From assembly GCA_045638465.1 (NCBI GenBank), contig JAZUBK010000056.1, forward strand, positions 1 through 51,802: DNA of 51,802 bases, read 5' to 3'. The DNA is from Clostridia bacterium. GTDB lineage: Bacteria; Bacillota; Clostridia; Christensenellales; UBA1242. Positions 1-10,116 of the stretch are shown here, piece by piece (position 1 is the stretch's first letter; the number at the start of each line of letters is the position of its first letter). The notes under the pieces were generated by a model. The model saw nothing but the letters and a program-made list of their open reading frames with translations, ran no database searches and had not been told where the DNA came from. The position numbers and the translations under genes were made by a program.

Positions 1-3000
1 TGGCCTCCGACTTCCATTACTTGCAGAGTTTGAGTTAATTAGGTTGTTATAGTATGAAGCTGTGTTTGAAGCAGATGCGTTAGCTGTAGTAAATACACCA
101 GCAGGATCGCCACCTGTTGTGTTAATTATGGCTACGCCACCACCGTTACTTGCGGCGTCGTTTCCTGTAATAGTACCAATAGGGAATGTAAATGTTGCAT
201 TATCAACTACTACACCACCACCATTTGTACCAGATTCGTTATCAATAATCTTGATATAACCTGCGTTTGCAGCATCGTTTTTAACTTTTGCAGCAGTTTC
301 TAAAATTGATCCTGGAGCCATGTAAATACCACCGCCACCAGCACCAGACTTATTCCTGTCTGCAGCTATATTTTCTGAAATGTTACAAGCAGTGATCTTT
401 ATTTTACCAGATTGAACATAAATACCACCACCAGCAAATTTACCTTCGTTTGCAGTAATGTTTGCTGTTTCGCTTGTAATAGTCATTGAATATACTGTAG
501 TATCTGCATTTACAATATAGATACCACCGCCCATGTTTGCTTCGTTTGCTGTAATAGTTGGGTTTTTAGTAACTTCAACAAATTTTGTTGCATATACAGC
601 ACCACCATTTTCAGTTGCTACGTTGCCAGTGATTGTTCCACCAATCAAACTAATACATGCCTCTGCAAAGATAGCCGCACCATTAACGGCATGGTTACCT
701 GTCAAAGTTACACCATGATTAATTATCAATTTTGGAACATCAGCAACATCGTCTGCATGAGCTTCTACTTTGATTAAGCTGCCAGTTTCTACCTCATCAC
801 CACGGATAATTAGGTTTGAGTTAGTAATAGGAGTATCTTTACCAAGAGTAAGTTGTCCATGACCTACTACTGTAAATAGATCACCTGAAATACCGCCTCT
901 TGTGATTGTATATTCTGCACCAGCAACAATTGTAACTTTCTTGCCAACGTAGAATGACTCTGTAAAGTTATAACTAGAACCAACCAAAGCTTCTTGAGCA
1001 TCTGACATACCATCTACATCATTATATGCTTGTAGATCGTTTTGCATATTGATGTTTTTGTAAAGGATAATTTCTTCGCCTTCTTGAGCTCCGATATATG
1101 CCTCAACTAATGTTTGATAGAATACTTCTGCGCCACCTCTCATAATGATAGCTGCGTAGTTACCTAGTACAAGGTAAGTATCTTTTACTCTGAAACCTGA
1201 TTCATCACCAGCATACAAGAATCTTCCAAGGTTTGCAGTAGCACGATCTCTTGATGGGAATTTAACAAGTTTGTCACCCATCTCAGCTAGTTTAGAACTA
1301 ATACAAATCTTAGTTTCATCATTTAGTGCTTTTGAAGTATCTTGGTTGAACTCTACAATTCTTGTAGGGTTGTCTTGATTGTCTCTTACAGCGATAAAGA
1401 TATCGTTGTAGATTTCATCATCACCAGATTTTCCATTTGTAGTTATTTCCATATAACCAGAAATGATAGTCTTGGTAGATGTGTAAATACCATTTGCATA
1501 GTATTCACCATTACTGTCATCATAAACACCTAGTTTATATGCGCCGTCAGCACATAGGTTGTCTTGAATCAAGAATTTAACAGTTGTGCTTGTGTTAAAT
1601 GTAACAGTACCATTTGTGCTTCCGCCTGTAGCATCTGCATAGATAGCACCGCCATTATATGCAGCGATATTTCCAATAATTGAACCTGCAACAAGTGTTA
1701 CTGTACCATTACTATAGATACCACCACCGTTTGCATCAGCTTCGTTATTTCTAATAATACCGCCGTTGATATTGATTTTACCATTGCTATAGATACCGCC
1801 ACCGTTTGCAAAGATTGTTTCTGTAGCATCAGAATAACCTTGTGCTAGGTTTTTGTTATCTGGGTTTGTAGAACCAATAATACCACCATATAGGTTCAAA
1901 GTAGTGTTTTTATCTCTCATGTAGATAGCGCCACCTTGACCTGCAGTGTTTTGGTAAATTTCACCAGTGTTGATAACCAAAGTTCCGTTTGAAACCATAG
2001 CTATACCGCCACCAGATTTTGCAGTGTTGTTATAAACAAGCAAGTTGTTAACATTACATGTACCACCAGAGATAAGGATACCTCCACCGATACCTAGAGT
2101 AATTGTGTTGCCGTGGATTGAACCACCATAGAAGTTTAATGTTCCTGAGCTTTGGAATACAACACCGCCATAGCTTGTTGCTTCTTCAAAAACGTGTTCT
2201 GTAAATTCAGCAAAGAATACATTAACTGTACCACCAGCTACAGCAAGTGCATAACCTCTACCTGTAGTTGCTGAGTTGCTCTTAAATGTGATTGTTGAAT
2301 TTGTAACACCTTCTTCACCGATAGATAGTGTGCCGTTGTTGTTATAAACTGCGCCACCATATCCGTTTGGAGCTGAGTTTCCTTCAAAAGTAGTTGTTCC
2401 CATAATCAATGCTGAGTTAGAACCAGTATTAAATACGGCACCACCACTATTGCCTTCTGCAACAGCGTTGTGATAGAAACTTGATCCTGAGATAGAAAGT
2501 TTACCTTGGTTTTGAAGTGCGCCACCAGAAGCTGTAGCATTGTTACCGATATCATCGTCGTCGATGTTACCAAACACACAATCAGTAATTGTCATTGTGA
2601 TAGTTGCGCTAGAAGTTTCTGCATTGAATATAGCGCCACCAGAAGTTCTTGCTTCGTTTGAAGTGAATGTACCAGCAGATAATGTATAAGTACCTGCATT
2701 GTAAATTGCACCACCAGAAGTTTTTGCTTCGTTTAGATCATAAATGTTAGTAGAATCTGTAACAGAGCCTGTTTCGGTGTTATAAATTGCACCGCCCTTC
2801 TCTTCTGATTCGTTTTGTGAGAATTCACATTGTTGAATTTGTATTATCTTATTATTATAGATTGCGCCACCTGCAACTTCTGCGTAGTTTTGTTCAAATT
2901 TTGCAAATTTGATTTCTACGTTACTTGCAAGGTTTACATAAATAGCACCGCCATTTGTTGAAGCTTGGTTTTCTTCAAAGATAGTATAGTGGATAATTGC

Positions 3001-3440
3001 AGAAGCGTTAGTGTTTGCCATATTAATAGCACCACCATTTACTGCATAGTTGTTTCTTACAACAACACCATTATACAATCTCAAAATACCAGAAACATTA
3101 AAGATAGATCCTGTAGTTGAAGAAGATGCCTTGCCGTCAAATGTTATAGAATATGGCAACAAGTCAGCAGTATCTTCACCTAGGGTTAGGATACCATCAG
3201 TGCCGATGTTAAATAGTACGCCGTTATAAGTTCCTGTTCCGTCTACAGTATTAACATATCTGTTAATCTTGTAGTTAATAGAATCAGTTAAAGTTGCTGG
3301 TTCTATAATAATTTGTTTGTTGATAGAGATTTCTGATTTGATAAAGCAGTCTTTTAGAATTTTAACTGTTTCACCATTGTTTGCATCAGCAATCGCTCCA
3401 GCCAAAGTTTCATAATATGGATTCAATAATTCATTTGTTG
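1..3440 (-). repeat. Beta-helix region with GGAI(Y/F)/GGGIY ... FxxN(x)A repeats (polymorphic membrane protein-type), interrupted by a non-repeat module at about 720-1560
   Basis: Hand translation gives NEAKTSGGAIYNAGTYTLSAGTFTSNEARTSGGAIFNAE (2620-2740), GKFAGGGIY (about 430), GGAIYADATGG (about 1640) and GTNGGGVVVDNATFTFPIGTITGNDAASNGGGVAI (100-240). The region opens with AQWVAAEAFINRSTNELLNPYYETLAGAIADANNGETVKILKDCFIKSEISINKQIIIE (3300-3470), typical of a pectate-lyase-like helix cap. Confidence 0.65.
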
Positions 3441-6400
3441 ATCTATTAATGAAGGCTTCAGCTGCTACCCATTGAGCATATAATTTATATAAATATGTTG
3501 TTACTTCTTCACCATTATCTAATGTGATAGTTTCGTTAGTTAGTCTGCTATCACTTAGAGATGGAATTGTAATTTCAGATCCTGGGCTAAAGTTGTGAGT
3601 TGAAGAACCATTTTCTTTTAGGTTAAAGCTCTTCAAAGCAAAGTTTACATAAACAAGTTGGTTTGTTGCATCGCTTATTGCAGGAACTTGGAATTTTCTA
3701 CCTACAGAAGTTTCGATAAGTCTACTATCTGTACCATCTGTAAATTGACCACCATTACCGATAATTTGAACATATACAGTTTGTGGTATCCACTCTGCAA
3801 TAAACATCATTATCTTGTTAGATGCTTTTTGCTCATTTTCGGTCATTGTTGTGTTATAAATTTTCAAGCTAGTTCCAGCTTTAAATCTTGCAACTTCAGT
3901 TGTCTTGTCTGTATCTACGTGTCTCCATTCACCGAAATTGTTATCTTGTTTTGTTACACCTTCAAGAAGGTTAATAGTTTTGTTGTATCTTACTGATTCT
4001 GTTTTGTATGCAGTAGTATCTGTTGGTTCTAGATAGTATTGTACTGTAATCAAAACAGGTTCCCAAACAGCGTACAATGTAACGTCCATAGCTGGCATTA
4101 CAAAACCAAATACGTTGTTTGTTGCGTTAGCTGTATAGATTGCTGATGGGCTAATATCAGTATAAGATGTTGGGAATTTTGTTGTAGCATTTTCCCAGCT
4201 CATGCTGCTATTTGTTGACCAACCAACAAATGTATAGAAGTTTCTGTCCATAGATGGATTCTTAACATAGAATTCACCTGATGTACCAGATGATACTGCG
4301 AAGTTGTCATCAGCTTGAGTTGTAGCACCAGCTTTTGTAGTAGAAACGCCATCGCTGTAGAAGATACCGCCGTTTGCGTTATATGTTACCTTAAAGTCTC
4401 TTGCTACCCAAACTGCATAGAAATGAACAACAGGGTCTGCATCTGTACCTTCAATTTCAATCTTTGAACTTTGAAGATAAGTTGCAACATACTCGTCTTC
4501 TCCCCAACCGATTTGGTAAGGAATTTGAGTCCAGCCTTCTAGTTTGTATTTAGCTGAGTCGTCAGCAGTACCACTGTACAAACTTGTATCAAGTAAGCTA
4601 CCAAATCTTAGACCAGTAATTGTCTTTTCTGGGCCACCTTCTGCAGTGTTTGTACCTGGTTGGTTTGTGGTATAATGTAGTTTTACAGTTCTTTCATTTC
4701 CTTCCCATACAGCATATAGTACTGTGTCAAATGAAGGAGTGTAAGGATTTCCTGCAAGGAAAGTTGTACCAGTTCCGTCAGAATATTCGTTCCAGCCGAT
4801 AAATCTATAATAAGTTCTTTGGAATCCTTCTGTAGCGTTACATGCAGGAAGTATTGTAGAAGTACCAGCGTCGAATACTCTGTCTTCTATAGTACCAGTA
4901 ATTGTTTCACCATATTTACCATTTTTGTTAAATGATACAGTTACTTGTTTTACCCAGTTAGCAGTCATTCTAACTGTGTTAGTATTCATATCTTCTGGAG
5001 TCATCAATGCTGTAGTGATTTGAACTTCTGTTACACTTGCAATATCATAAATTTGGTTATTGATTGTATATGATACTAGCCTATGACCAGATCTTGTGAT
5101 TTGGTCGCCTTTTAGAAGTGTAAAGTTATGTTTTTCTCTTACAGAATATGTTGCTGTAGAAGAATCTTTTGCTGTAATTATACCGCCGTTTGCATTTACT
5201 ACAACAGAAATAATGTTTTCTTCCCATTGAGCAAGTAACTCGATATAATCTCTAACATTTACTTGGAAGCTTTCACCAGCGGCACGGATAAGACCAGAAG
5301 TGTCGCCTTTTACTTTCCAACCTACAAATCTATAAGAAGATACATAAACACCAATACCTGTTTGGATTGTGTTTGTAGGAAGTGTAAATGATAGTTGATA
5401 TAGTTGTTGAGTTGTATAACTCTTATTTGTGCCTACACCAAGCCATTGTTCTGTAGCTCCTGTTGGAGTATCACTCTTGTATACTACAGATACATAAATT
5501 GGTTCCCAAATAGCATGAAGTGTGATATTTGCGTTTGGCATAATCATTGTTGTGTTTGTGATTCCGCCTGAACCATTTGGTCTACCATAGATCTTAGAAG
5601 GGTCTATTTCGCCAACATTTTCTGCCCAGCCCATAAAGTCATAACCAAGTCTTCTCTTTGCATATGTTACGAATTCTGAAACATCAACAGAGCTTGTGTA
5701 TTGTACGCTACGGCTATCAAATCCGTCTGGAGTAGTTTTGCTACCCAAAGAAGAATCACCATAGTCATAAGTTAATGTGAAATATTTTTTGTTCCAAATA
5801 GCATACAAAGTTACACGCTCTGTAGTTTCTGTTGGTGTAGAAACTGTATAGATATTACCAACAATACCACCGTTGTTTCCTTCACCTTTAGTTGTTGACC
5901 AACCACCGAAAGCAAAACCTGGATTGCTATTTGTTCTTTGGAATGAAGAATCTGTAAGGTCGATTACATCACCATATTTTTTATCAAGGTCAGTTGTAGA
6001 ACTATTACCGCCACCCTCTGGGTTGTTGTTAAATGTTACTTTGATTGCTCTACCTTCCCATACAGCATACAAATAGATGTCATTTGTATCTTGAACCACA
6101 TAAGAAGTCACGCCTGAGTCAAAACCTGCGTCTGCAACAATAGCAGTGCTTGATGTTGACCAACCAAGTAGTGTGTAGTTAGTTCTCTTAAATCCTTTGT
6201 TAATTTCTGCAAGGTTTGCAGCACCTAGTGTTGCATCACCAAATACACCATTAAATACATAATTTGACATGCTTTCATCTGTGCAGTTTTTGTCAAATGT
6301 AATAACAGTAAGTTCTTGCCATACACAATAAATTTTCTTTGATTCTGCAGGCATAGTGATTTCTGCATTTACACCATAAGTTGCAACTGTTGCCTCTGCG

Positions 6401-9400
6401 TTATCTGCAAAACCAAGTAATCTATAACCTTCTTTTGCAATAGGAGCAGAGCCTGTTGTAAATGTAGAAAGGCTAATCTTTGTTCTAAATGGAGTTGGTG
6501 TTGAGTGGTCATTATAAGTCTTATTATATATACCACCATTTAGACCAATTATAAAGTAATATGATTTTGGAGCCCATACTGAGAATAGTTGAATATTACC
6601 AACTTGATCTACCACATAGTCGTTTGTATAATCAACGTCTACGTTTAGTTCGCTTGGTTGAGTTAATTTCCAACCTTTTAGTTGAAGACCAGCAGGAGCA
6701 CTAATAGATGTTGCCCAAGTGTTAATACTTACTGTATCACCATATCTTGGATTTGGAGATACTGTAATTTGATAGTTATAAGAACTATCAGCTGGGTCAG
6801 AAGCAATAAGTGTTAAACTTACTTCTTGACCTAACCAAATAGCATATAGTGTTACATCTGAAGTAATTTCTAGATCAGAACCAATGCTATAATTTGTACC
6901 ATTACCATCAGCTCTTGTGTTCCAAGTGCTAAATGTATAATAAGTTTTTGTATAAGGTGAGTTAGGAACTGGAACTCTTGTGCCTTTAGCATAAGATTGA
7001 GAACCTAAATCTTCTTGTCCTGCGGCAAGTTCACCGCCGTTAGAACTATAACTTAGTGTATATATTCTTGCCCATAGAGCATACAATGTAACGTTACGAG
7101 CAGGAATTTCATATTCTCCACCTGCAGCATATACTGGAGTTGGATTGTCTACATCTTCTACCCAACCTTTGAACTCATATCTGTTCTTTGTTGGAGCTAA
7201 AGGTGCAAGTGTTACTTTATCTTTGTATTGAGCATAGATACGATATCTTGACATATCGTCATTGTCGTCGTTGTTATAAATACCACCATTTAGTTCATAA
7301 GCTATATTGAAATATCTTCTGTTCCAAATGATATAAAGTTTCAAAGTTTCAACAGGGTTGTTATCTTTGTCTTGGAAATACATACCTGTTGTCTTTACAT
7401 TGCCGCCGTAAGCAAGTTCATATCTCTTTTCACTTACGACACCGTCAACTCTTTGTTCTAGTATTGCATAGAAACCGCCAATTTCGTAACCTTCATCAGA
7501 GTTTTCGATTTCTTCTTCAAATACTAGTGGAATATCTGTACCATATTCGCCTTCGATTGTTGTAACAAGTCTGTTAGAATCATAGATTTCTACGTTTCTT
7601 GTATAACCTTTCCATATAGCGTAGAATTTATTTTGGTCTGATTGTTCTAGTTCAACAACATCGCCAAAGTTATAAATTGTTCCGCCGTCTTCTTGAGTCC
7701 CCCAACCGATGATAGAATAGTTTGCTCTAATAATAGAGTCGTTAGAAACTGTAGCTGATGGGATAGTAAATTCTTCTCCAATAATAACACCTTCGATAGG
7801 GGCTACCAAGCCTGTAGCATCTGCTGCATTATTGTAGAAAACGATTGAATATTCTTGAGCCCATACTGCGTATAGTTGGAATGAGTTTCCTGGCATTTCT
7901 AGTGTATAACCAGTACCTTCTTGATTATCATAGAAAGCGCATTCTGGAGAGTTTACACTATAAGACCAACCCATAAATCTATACCCCTCTCTTACCGCTG
8001 AAGAATATAGAGTGACTGTTTCTTTATAAACATAAGCTTTTGTATAAGAACTTTCGCCAGGAGCAACTGTTTTTAGTTCGCCACCTTGCAAGAAGTATGT
8101 TACATCATAACTATAAGGACACCATAGTGAGTACAAAATATCATTTGCTTGTGCTGGTTCTGCGTTTGTACCCATTTCAAAGTATTCGCCCAAACCATAA
8201 ATTGTACCAGTGTAGTTTCCTGGGTTTTTGTAATCATAGTTGTCTAGTGTACCCCAACCAACAAAGTAATAGTTTGAATCTTCGTGGTTAGCACTAGATG
8301 TTAATTTTTCTCTTCTACCGTAGTAACTGCTGATTTCTTGTACTTGGTTATCAGAAGTGTTTTTCAATTTTAGGGTACGAGAGTCACCACGCCATACACC
8401 ATATAAAACAAGTCTATCTGTATCAACAAAGTCAGCTTCTCTTAAAGTAAATATATCGTTTTGGTGGAATTCAGCACTATTGGCAGATTCGTCTAAGCTC
8501 CAACCAAGGAATGTAAAGTTTTGAATTTCAATTGTTACAGGAAGTCCTAGGATTGTAAATGTTTCACCTTCAACACCTACAAAGTCACCATAATCTCCAG
8601 CTTTGAATAATTCATCATCGCTCTTTTGGGTATTATTTAGAGAATAACCTACTGCAAGTAGTCTTGACCAAACAGCATACAAAGAGATATTTTCTTCGCC
8701 TACAGGAATAACTGCGTCAACTGCGTAGTTTGTTCCAAGACCAGATTGCAATGTGTTATATCCCATAAGTCTATAACCATCTTTTACTGGTTCTGAGATA
8801 AGGCTTAGATCATAACCGCCTTCCAAACCTGCATCAACTAAGTTATCATTATGTATACCAAGTGATGGATCACCACCTTGAGCATCAATCATAATGTTAA
8901 CTTGGTTTCTTCTCCAAATAGCATACAATGTATGAGGAGTTGTGTTAGAAACTTTGATAGGATCTCCTGGATAAATTACGTTAACGCAATCACCAGAACC
9001 TAGGTCAACTTCTTGACCAATCAAGTTTCTTGGCACACCATCAGGGTCTGTACACCAATAAGCAAAACTATGGTATTGTTTGCTCAATCCATCTGGTTGT
9101 GGAGCTGTAAAATACTCATTGAAGTATCCAGTTTCATTTTTTGCCTCACCTTCTGCGGTGTTTGGATTAAATGTGAAACTATGCTCCTCACCTCTAAAGA
9201 TCGCATACAAGAACACGCTATCATTAGGAACTGTAAAGTCAGCACCAGGAAGATATTGGTAACCAAAATCTCCAGCTCCATTAGGTCTTGTCGCAAAACC
9301 TACGAAAGTTTGATTTGCTCTTTGGAAGTTGTATTTAGGAGTCAACTTATCTTGGTATGTTGTAGAAGTATCTTTGGTTGGCAAAGTCATTGTACTCTTA

Positions 9401-9786
9401 TACTTTCCACTCGATGACCAAAGCACTTCGTTGAACGAACCTGAGTTTGTTACCCTAACAACCGTAACCGTAAAAGTTCTCTCAACCCACTTTACGTAGA
9501 TAGTTGTGTCTCTCTCGATAGGTAGGTCAAAGTCAAACTCAGTAGTATAACCTGGGTCTGAGTACCAACCTCCGAAAGCATAACCCTTATCTTTTGGTTT
9601 CGGGTCTTTCGGTTGCTCAATCGTGCCACCTATAGAAACCGAGATGCTATCTAATGCACCTTGCTCACTATAAAATCTTACTGTGGCTCTTCTTGAGGTC
9701 CAAATCAAAATACCTGTTACGGCAAGTGCTACGACTACGCACAAGATAATAACAAGTCTGATACCTTTTCTTCTTGATTCTGCCAT
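1..9786 (-). CDS. Giant cell-surface/adhesin-like protein, partial (at least 3262 codons; 3' end beyond window): signal-anchor, Listeria-Bacteroides (Flg_new-type) repeat array, then polymorphic-membrane-protein-like beta-helix repeats
   Basis: Absent from the ORF track because there is no stop inside the window. The minus strand from ATG 9786 (AAGGAG at 9797-9802, 10 nt upstream) reads MAESRRKGIRLVIILCVVVALAVTGILIWTSRRATVRFYSEQG...GYAFGGWYSDPGYTTEFDFDLPIERDTTIYVKW. Hand translation of 9786-8800, 3300-3470, 2620-2740 and 1-260 stays open in the same frame; the last codons are ...NSASNGSRRP. No other minus-strand ORF of 60 aa or more is listed in 1-9083. Confidence 0.85.
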   Translation of the reverse strand, partial: MAESRRKGIRLVIILCVVVALAVTGILIWTSRRATVRFYSEQGALDSISVSIGGTIEQPKDPKPKDKGYAFGGWYSDPGYTTEFDFDLPIERDTTIYVKWVERTFTVTVVRVTNSGSFNEVLWSSSGKYKSTMTLPTKDTSTTYQDKLTPKYNFQRANQTFVGFATRPNGAGDFGYQYLPGADFTVPNDSVFLYAIFRGEEHSFTFNPNTAEGEAKNETGYFNEYFTAPQPDGLSKQYHSFAYWCTDPDGVPRNLIGQEVDLGSGDCVNVIYPGDPIKVSNTTPHTLYAIWRRNQVNIMIDAQGGDPSLGIHNDNLVDAGLEGGYDLSLISEPVKDGYRLMGYNTLQSGLGTNYAVDAVIPVGEENISLYAVWSRLLAVGYSLNNTQKSDDELFKAGDYGDFVGVEGETFTILGLPVTIEIQNFTFLGWSLDESANSAEFHQNDIFTLREADFVDTDRLVLYGVWRGDSRTLKLKNTSDNQVQEISSYYGRREKLTSSANHEDSNYYFVGWGTLDNYDYKNPGNYTGTIYGLGEYFEMGTNAEPAQANDILYSLWCPYSYDVTYFLQGGELKTVAPGESSYTKAYVYKETVTLYSSAVREGYRFMGWSYSVNSPECAFYDNQEGTGYTLEMPGNSFQLYAVWAQEYSIVFYNNAADATGLVAPIEGVIIGEEFTIPSATVSNDSIIRANYSIIGWGTQEDGGTIYNFGDVVELEQSDQNKFYAIWKGYTRNVEIYDSNRLVTTIEGEYGTDIPLVFEEEIENSDEGYEIGGFYAILEQRVDGVVSEKRYELAYGGNVKTTGMYFQDKDNNPVETLKLYIIWNRRYFNIAYELNGGIYNNDDNDDMSRYRIYAQYKDKVTLAPLAPTKNRYEFKGWVEDVDNPTPVYAAGGEYEIPARNVTLYALWARIYTLSYSSNGGELAAGQEDLGSQSYAKGTRVPVPNSPYTKTYYTFSTWNTRADGNGTNYSIGSDLEITSDVTLYAIWLGQEVSLTLIASDPADSSYNYQITVSPNPRYGDTVSINTWATSISAPAGLQLKGWKLTQPSELNVDVDYTNDYVVDQVGNIQLFSVWAPKSYYFIIGLNGGIYNKTYNDHSTPTPFRTKISLSTFTTGSAPIAKEGYRLLGFADNAEATVATYGVNAEITMPAESKKIYCVWQELTVITFDKNCTDESMSNYVFNGVFGDATLGAANLAEINKGFKRTNYTLLGWSTSSTAIVADAGFDSGVTSYVVQDTNDIYLYAVWEGRAIKVTFNNNPEGGGNSSTTDLDKKYGDVIDLTDSSFQRTNSNPGFAFGGWSTTKGEGNNGGIVGNIYTVSTPTETTERVTLYAIWNKKYFTLTYDYGDSSLGSKTTPDGFDSRSVQYTSSVDVSEFVTYAKRRLGYDFMGWAENVGEIDPSKIYGRPNGSGGITNTTMIMPNANITLHAIWEPIYVSVVYKSDTPTGATEQWLGVGTNKSYTTQQLYQLSFTLPTNTIQTGIGVYVSSYRFVGWKVKGDTSGLIRAAGESFQVNVRDYIELLAQWEENIISVVVNANGGIITAKDSSTATYSVREKHNFTLLKGDQITRSGHRLVSYTINNQIYDIASVTEVQITTALMTPEDMNTNTVRMTANWVKQVTVSFNKNGKYGETITGTIEDRVFDAGTSTILPACNATEGFQRTYYRFIGWNEYSDGTGTTFLAGNPYTPSFDTVLYAVWEGNERTVKLHYTTNQPGTNTAEGGPEKTITGLRFGSLLDTSLYSGTADDSAKYKLEGWTQIPYQIGWGEDEYVATYLQSSKIEIEGTDADPVVHFYAVWVARDFKVTYNANGGIFYSDGVSTTKAGATTQADDNFAVSSGTSGEFYVKNPSMDRNFYTFVGWSTNSSMSWENATTKFPTSYTDISPSAIYTANATNNVFGFVMPAMDVTLYAVWEPVLITVQYYLEPTDTTAYKTESVRYNKTINLLEGVTKQDNNFGEWRHVDTDKTTEVARFKAGTSLKIYNTTMTENEQKASNKIMMFIAEWIPQTVYVQIIGNGGQFTDGTDSRLIETSVGRKFQVPAISDATNQLVYVNFALKSFNLKENGSSTHNFSPGSEITIPSLSDSRLTNETITLDNGEEVTTYLYKLYAQWVAAEAFINRSTNELLNPYYETLAGAIADANNGETVKILKDCFIKSEISINKQIIIEPATLTDSINYKINRYVNTVDGTGTYNGVLFNIGTDGILTLGEDTADLLPYSITFDGKASSSTTGSIFNVSGILRLYNGVVVRNNYAVNGGAINMANTNASAIIHYTIFEENQASTNGGAIYVNLASNVEIKFAKFEQNYAEVAGGAIYNNKIIQIQQCEFSQNESEEKGGAIYNTETGSVTDSTNIYDLNEAKTSGGAIYNAGTYTLSAGTFTSNEARTSGGAIFNAETSSATITMTITDCVFGNIDDDDIGNNATASGGALQNQGKLSISGSSFYHNAVAEGNSGGAVFNTGSNSALIMGTTTFEGNSAPNGYGGAVYNNNGTLSIGEEGVTNSTITFKSNSATTGRGYALAVAGGTVNVFFAEFTEHVFEEATSYGGVVFQSSGTLNFYGGSIHGNTITLGIGGGILISGGTCNVNNLLVYNNTAKSGGGIAMVSNGTLVINTGEIYQNTAGQGGAIYMRDKNTTLNLYGGIIGSTNPDNKNLAQGYSDATETIFANGGGIYSNGKININGGIIRNNEADANGGGIYSNGTVTLVAGSIIGNIAAYNGGAIYADATGGSTNGTVTFNTSTTVKFLIQDNLCADGAYKLGVYDDSNGEYYANGIYTSTKTIISGYMEITTNGKSGDDEIYNDIFIAVRDNQDNPTRIVEFNQDTSKALNDETKICISSKLAEMGDKLVKFPSRDRATANLGRFLYAGDESGFRVKDTYLVLGNYAAIIMRGGAEVFYQTLVEAYIGAQEGEEIILYKNINMQNDLQAYNDVDGMSDAQEALVGSSYNFTESFYVGKKVTIVAGAEYTITRGGISGDLFTVVGHGQLTLGKDTPITNSNLIIRGDEVETGSLIKVEAHADDVADVPKLIINHGVTLTGNHAVNGAAIFAEACISLIGGTITGNVATENGGAVYATKFVEVTKNPTITANEANMGGGIYIVNADTTVYSMTITSETANITANEGKFAGGGIYVQSGKIKITACNISENIAADRNKSGAGGGGIYMAPGSILETAAKVKNDAANAGYIKIIDNESGTNGGGVVVDNATFTFPIGTITGNDAASNGGGVAIINTTGGDPAGVFTTANASASNTASYYNNLINSNSASNGSRRP
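3465..9685 (-). repeat. Array of about 23 divergent 85-95 aa Listeria-Bacteroides-type repeats (coding repeats inside the giant CDS)
   Basis: A unit-terminal motif (L/F)Y(A/G/S)(I/V/L)W recurs every 250-290 nt. On the plus strand it appears as ccaaatagcatacaa-like strings near 9490, 8911, 8671, 8391, 8125, 7861, 7611, 7325, 7075, 6835, 6585, 6325, 6055, 5795, 5505, 5225, 4955, 4705, 4405, 4065, 3805 and 3465. The first units contain the GYxFxGWY...LYAxW signature. Boundaries are approximate. Confidence 0.7.
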
Positions 9787-9876
9787 TTTTCTCAATCTCC
9801 TTAAAATTGAAATTCCGCAAATTAAACTTTGCGCTAAGATATGTAGATTTAGAATTCTACATAATATTATAATTAT

Positions 9877-9905
9877 ATTATACACAAGCACCCCTACCAC
9901 TGCAA
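9877..9905 (-). promoter_or_regulatory. Sigma-A-type promoter of the giant gene (TTGCAG-17-TATAAT)
   Basis: On the minus strand the -35 TTGCAG is at 9905-9900 and the -10 TATAAT at 9882-9877, with a 17-nt spacer. This gives a 5' UTR of roughly 85 nt containing two hairpins (9816-9833 and 9841-9862). Confidence 0.55.
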
Positions 9906-10091
9906 GAAAAAAATTAATAAAAAAAGTAAAAAATCAAACTTTTTATATACAAATTTGCTTGACAAATAAAAAATGCCCTATATTACACCCTAAAAAAAGT
10001 AAAAATTTAATTTACAACCCTCCAAATTTTAAAAAAACAATACAAACACAAGGCAGAGTTTTGGAATCAAAAATCGACAAATTTTTGGAAT

Positions 10092-10116
10092 AAAAAAATG
10101 GGCAAAATTTTGCCCA
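10092..10116 (-). terminator. Rho-independent terminator separating the 10396-10851 gene from the giant gene
   Basis: An 18-nt perfect palindrome, TGGGCAAAATTTTGCCCA (10099-10116), is followed on the minus strand by a T7 run (the complement of A-run 10092-10098). Confidence 0.7.

Noticed and set aside
796-804. An RGD tripeptide (LIIRGDEVETG) in the non-repeat module of the giant protein, as a possible integrin-binding adhesion motif.
   Set aside because: A single tripeptide in a protein of more than 3000 aa is expected by chance. There is no supporting context.
3658-3996. Plus-strand ORFs inside the giant gene (62-259, 533-718, 3658-3996, 8040-8291, 9013-9417, 9683-10093) and the minus-strand ORF 9084-9296.
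   Set aside because: They are antisense or out-of-frame shadows of the giant CDS. Their composition is Cys/Phe/Leu/Ile-rich junk, they lack RBSs, and 9683-10093 runs across the giant gene's start and promoter.
1-9786. The lack of any listed long ORF over 9.8 kb might mean an alternative genetic code, a pseudogene graveyard or non-coding DNA.
   Set aside because: Hand translation shows one continuous standard-code ORF from ATG 9786 to nt 1. It is missing from the track only because it has no stop inside the window. All other genes also translate cleanly with the standard code.
9959-9987. A plus-strand TTGACA...TATATT/TATTAC promoter-like sequence in the A-rich gap, as a possible sRNA promoter.
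   Set aside because: The spacer length is off (14 or 16 nt). The downstream roughly 400 nt are unstructured A-rich DNA, with no terminator on the plus strand and no ORF.
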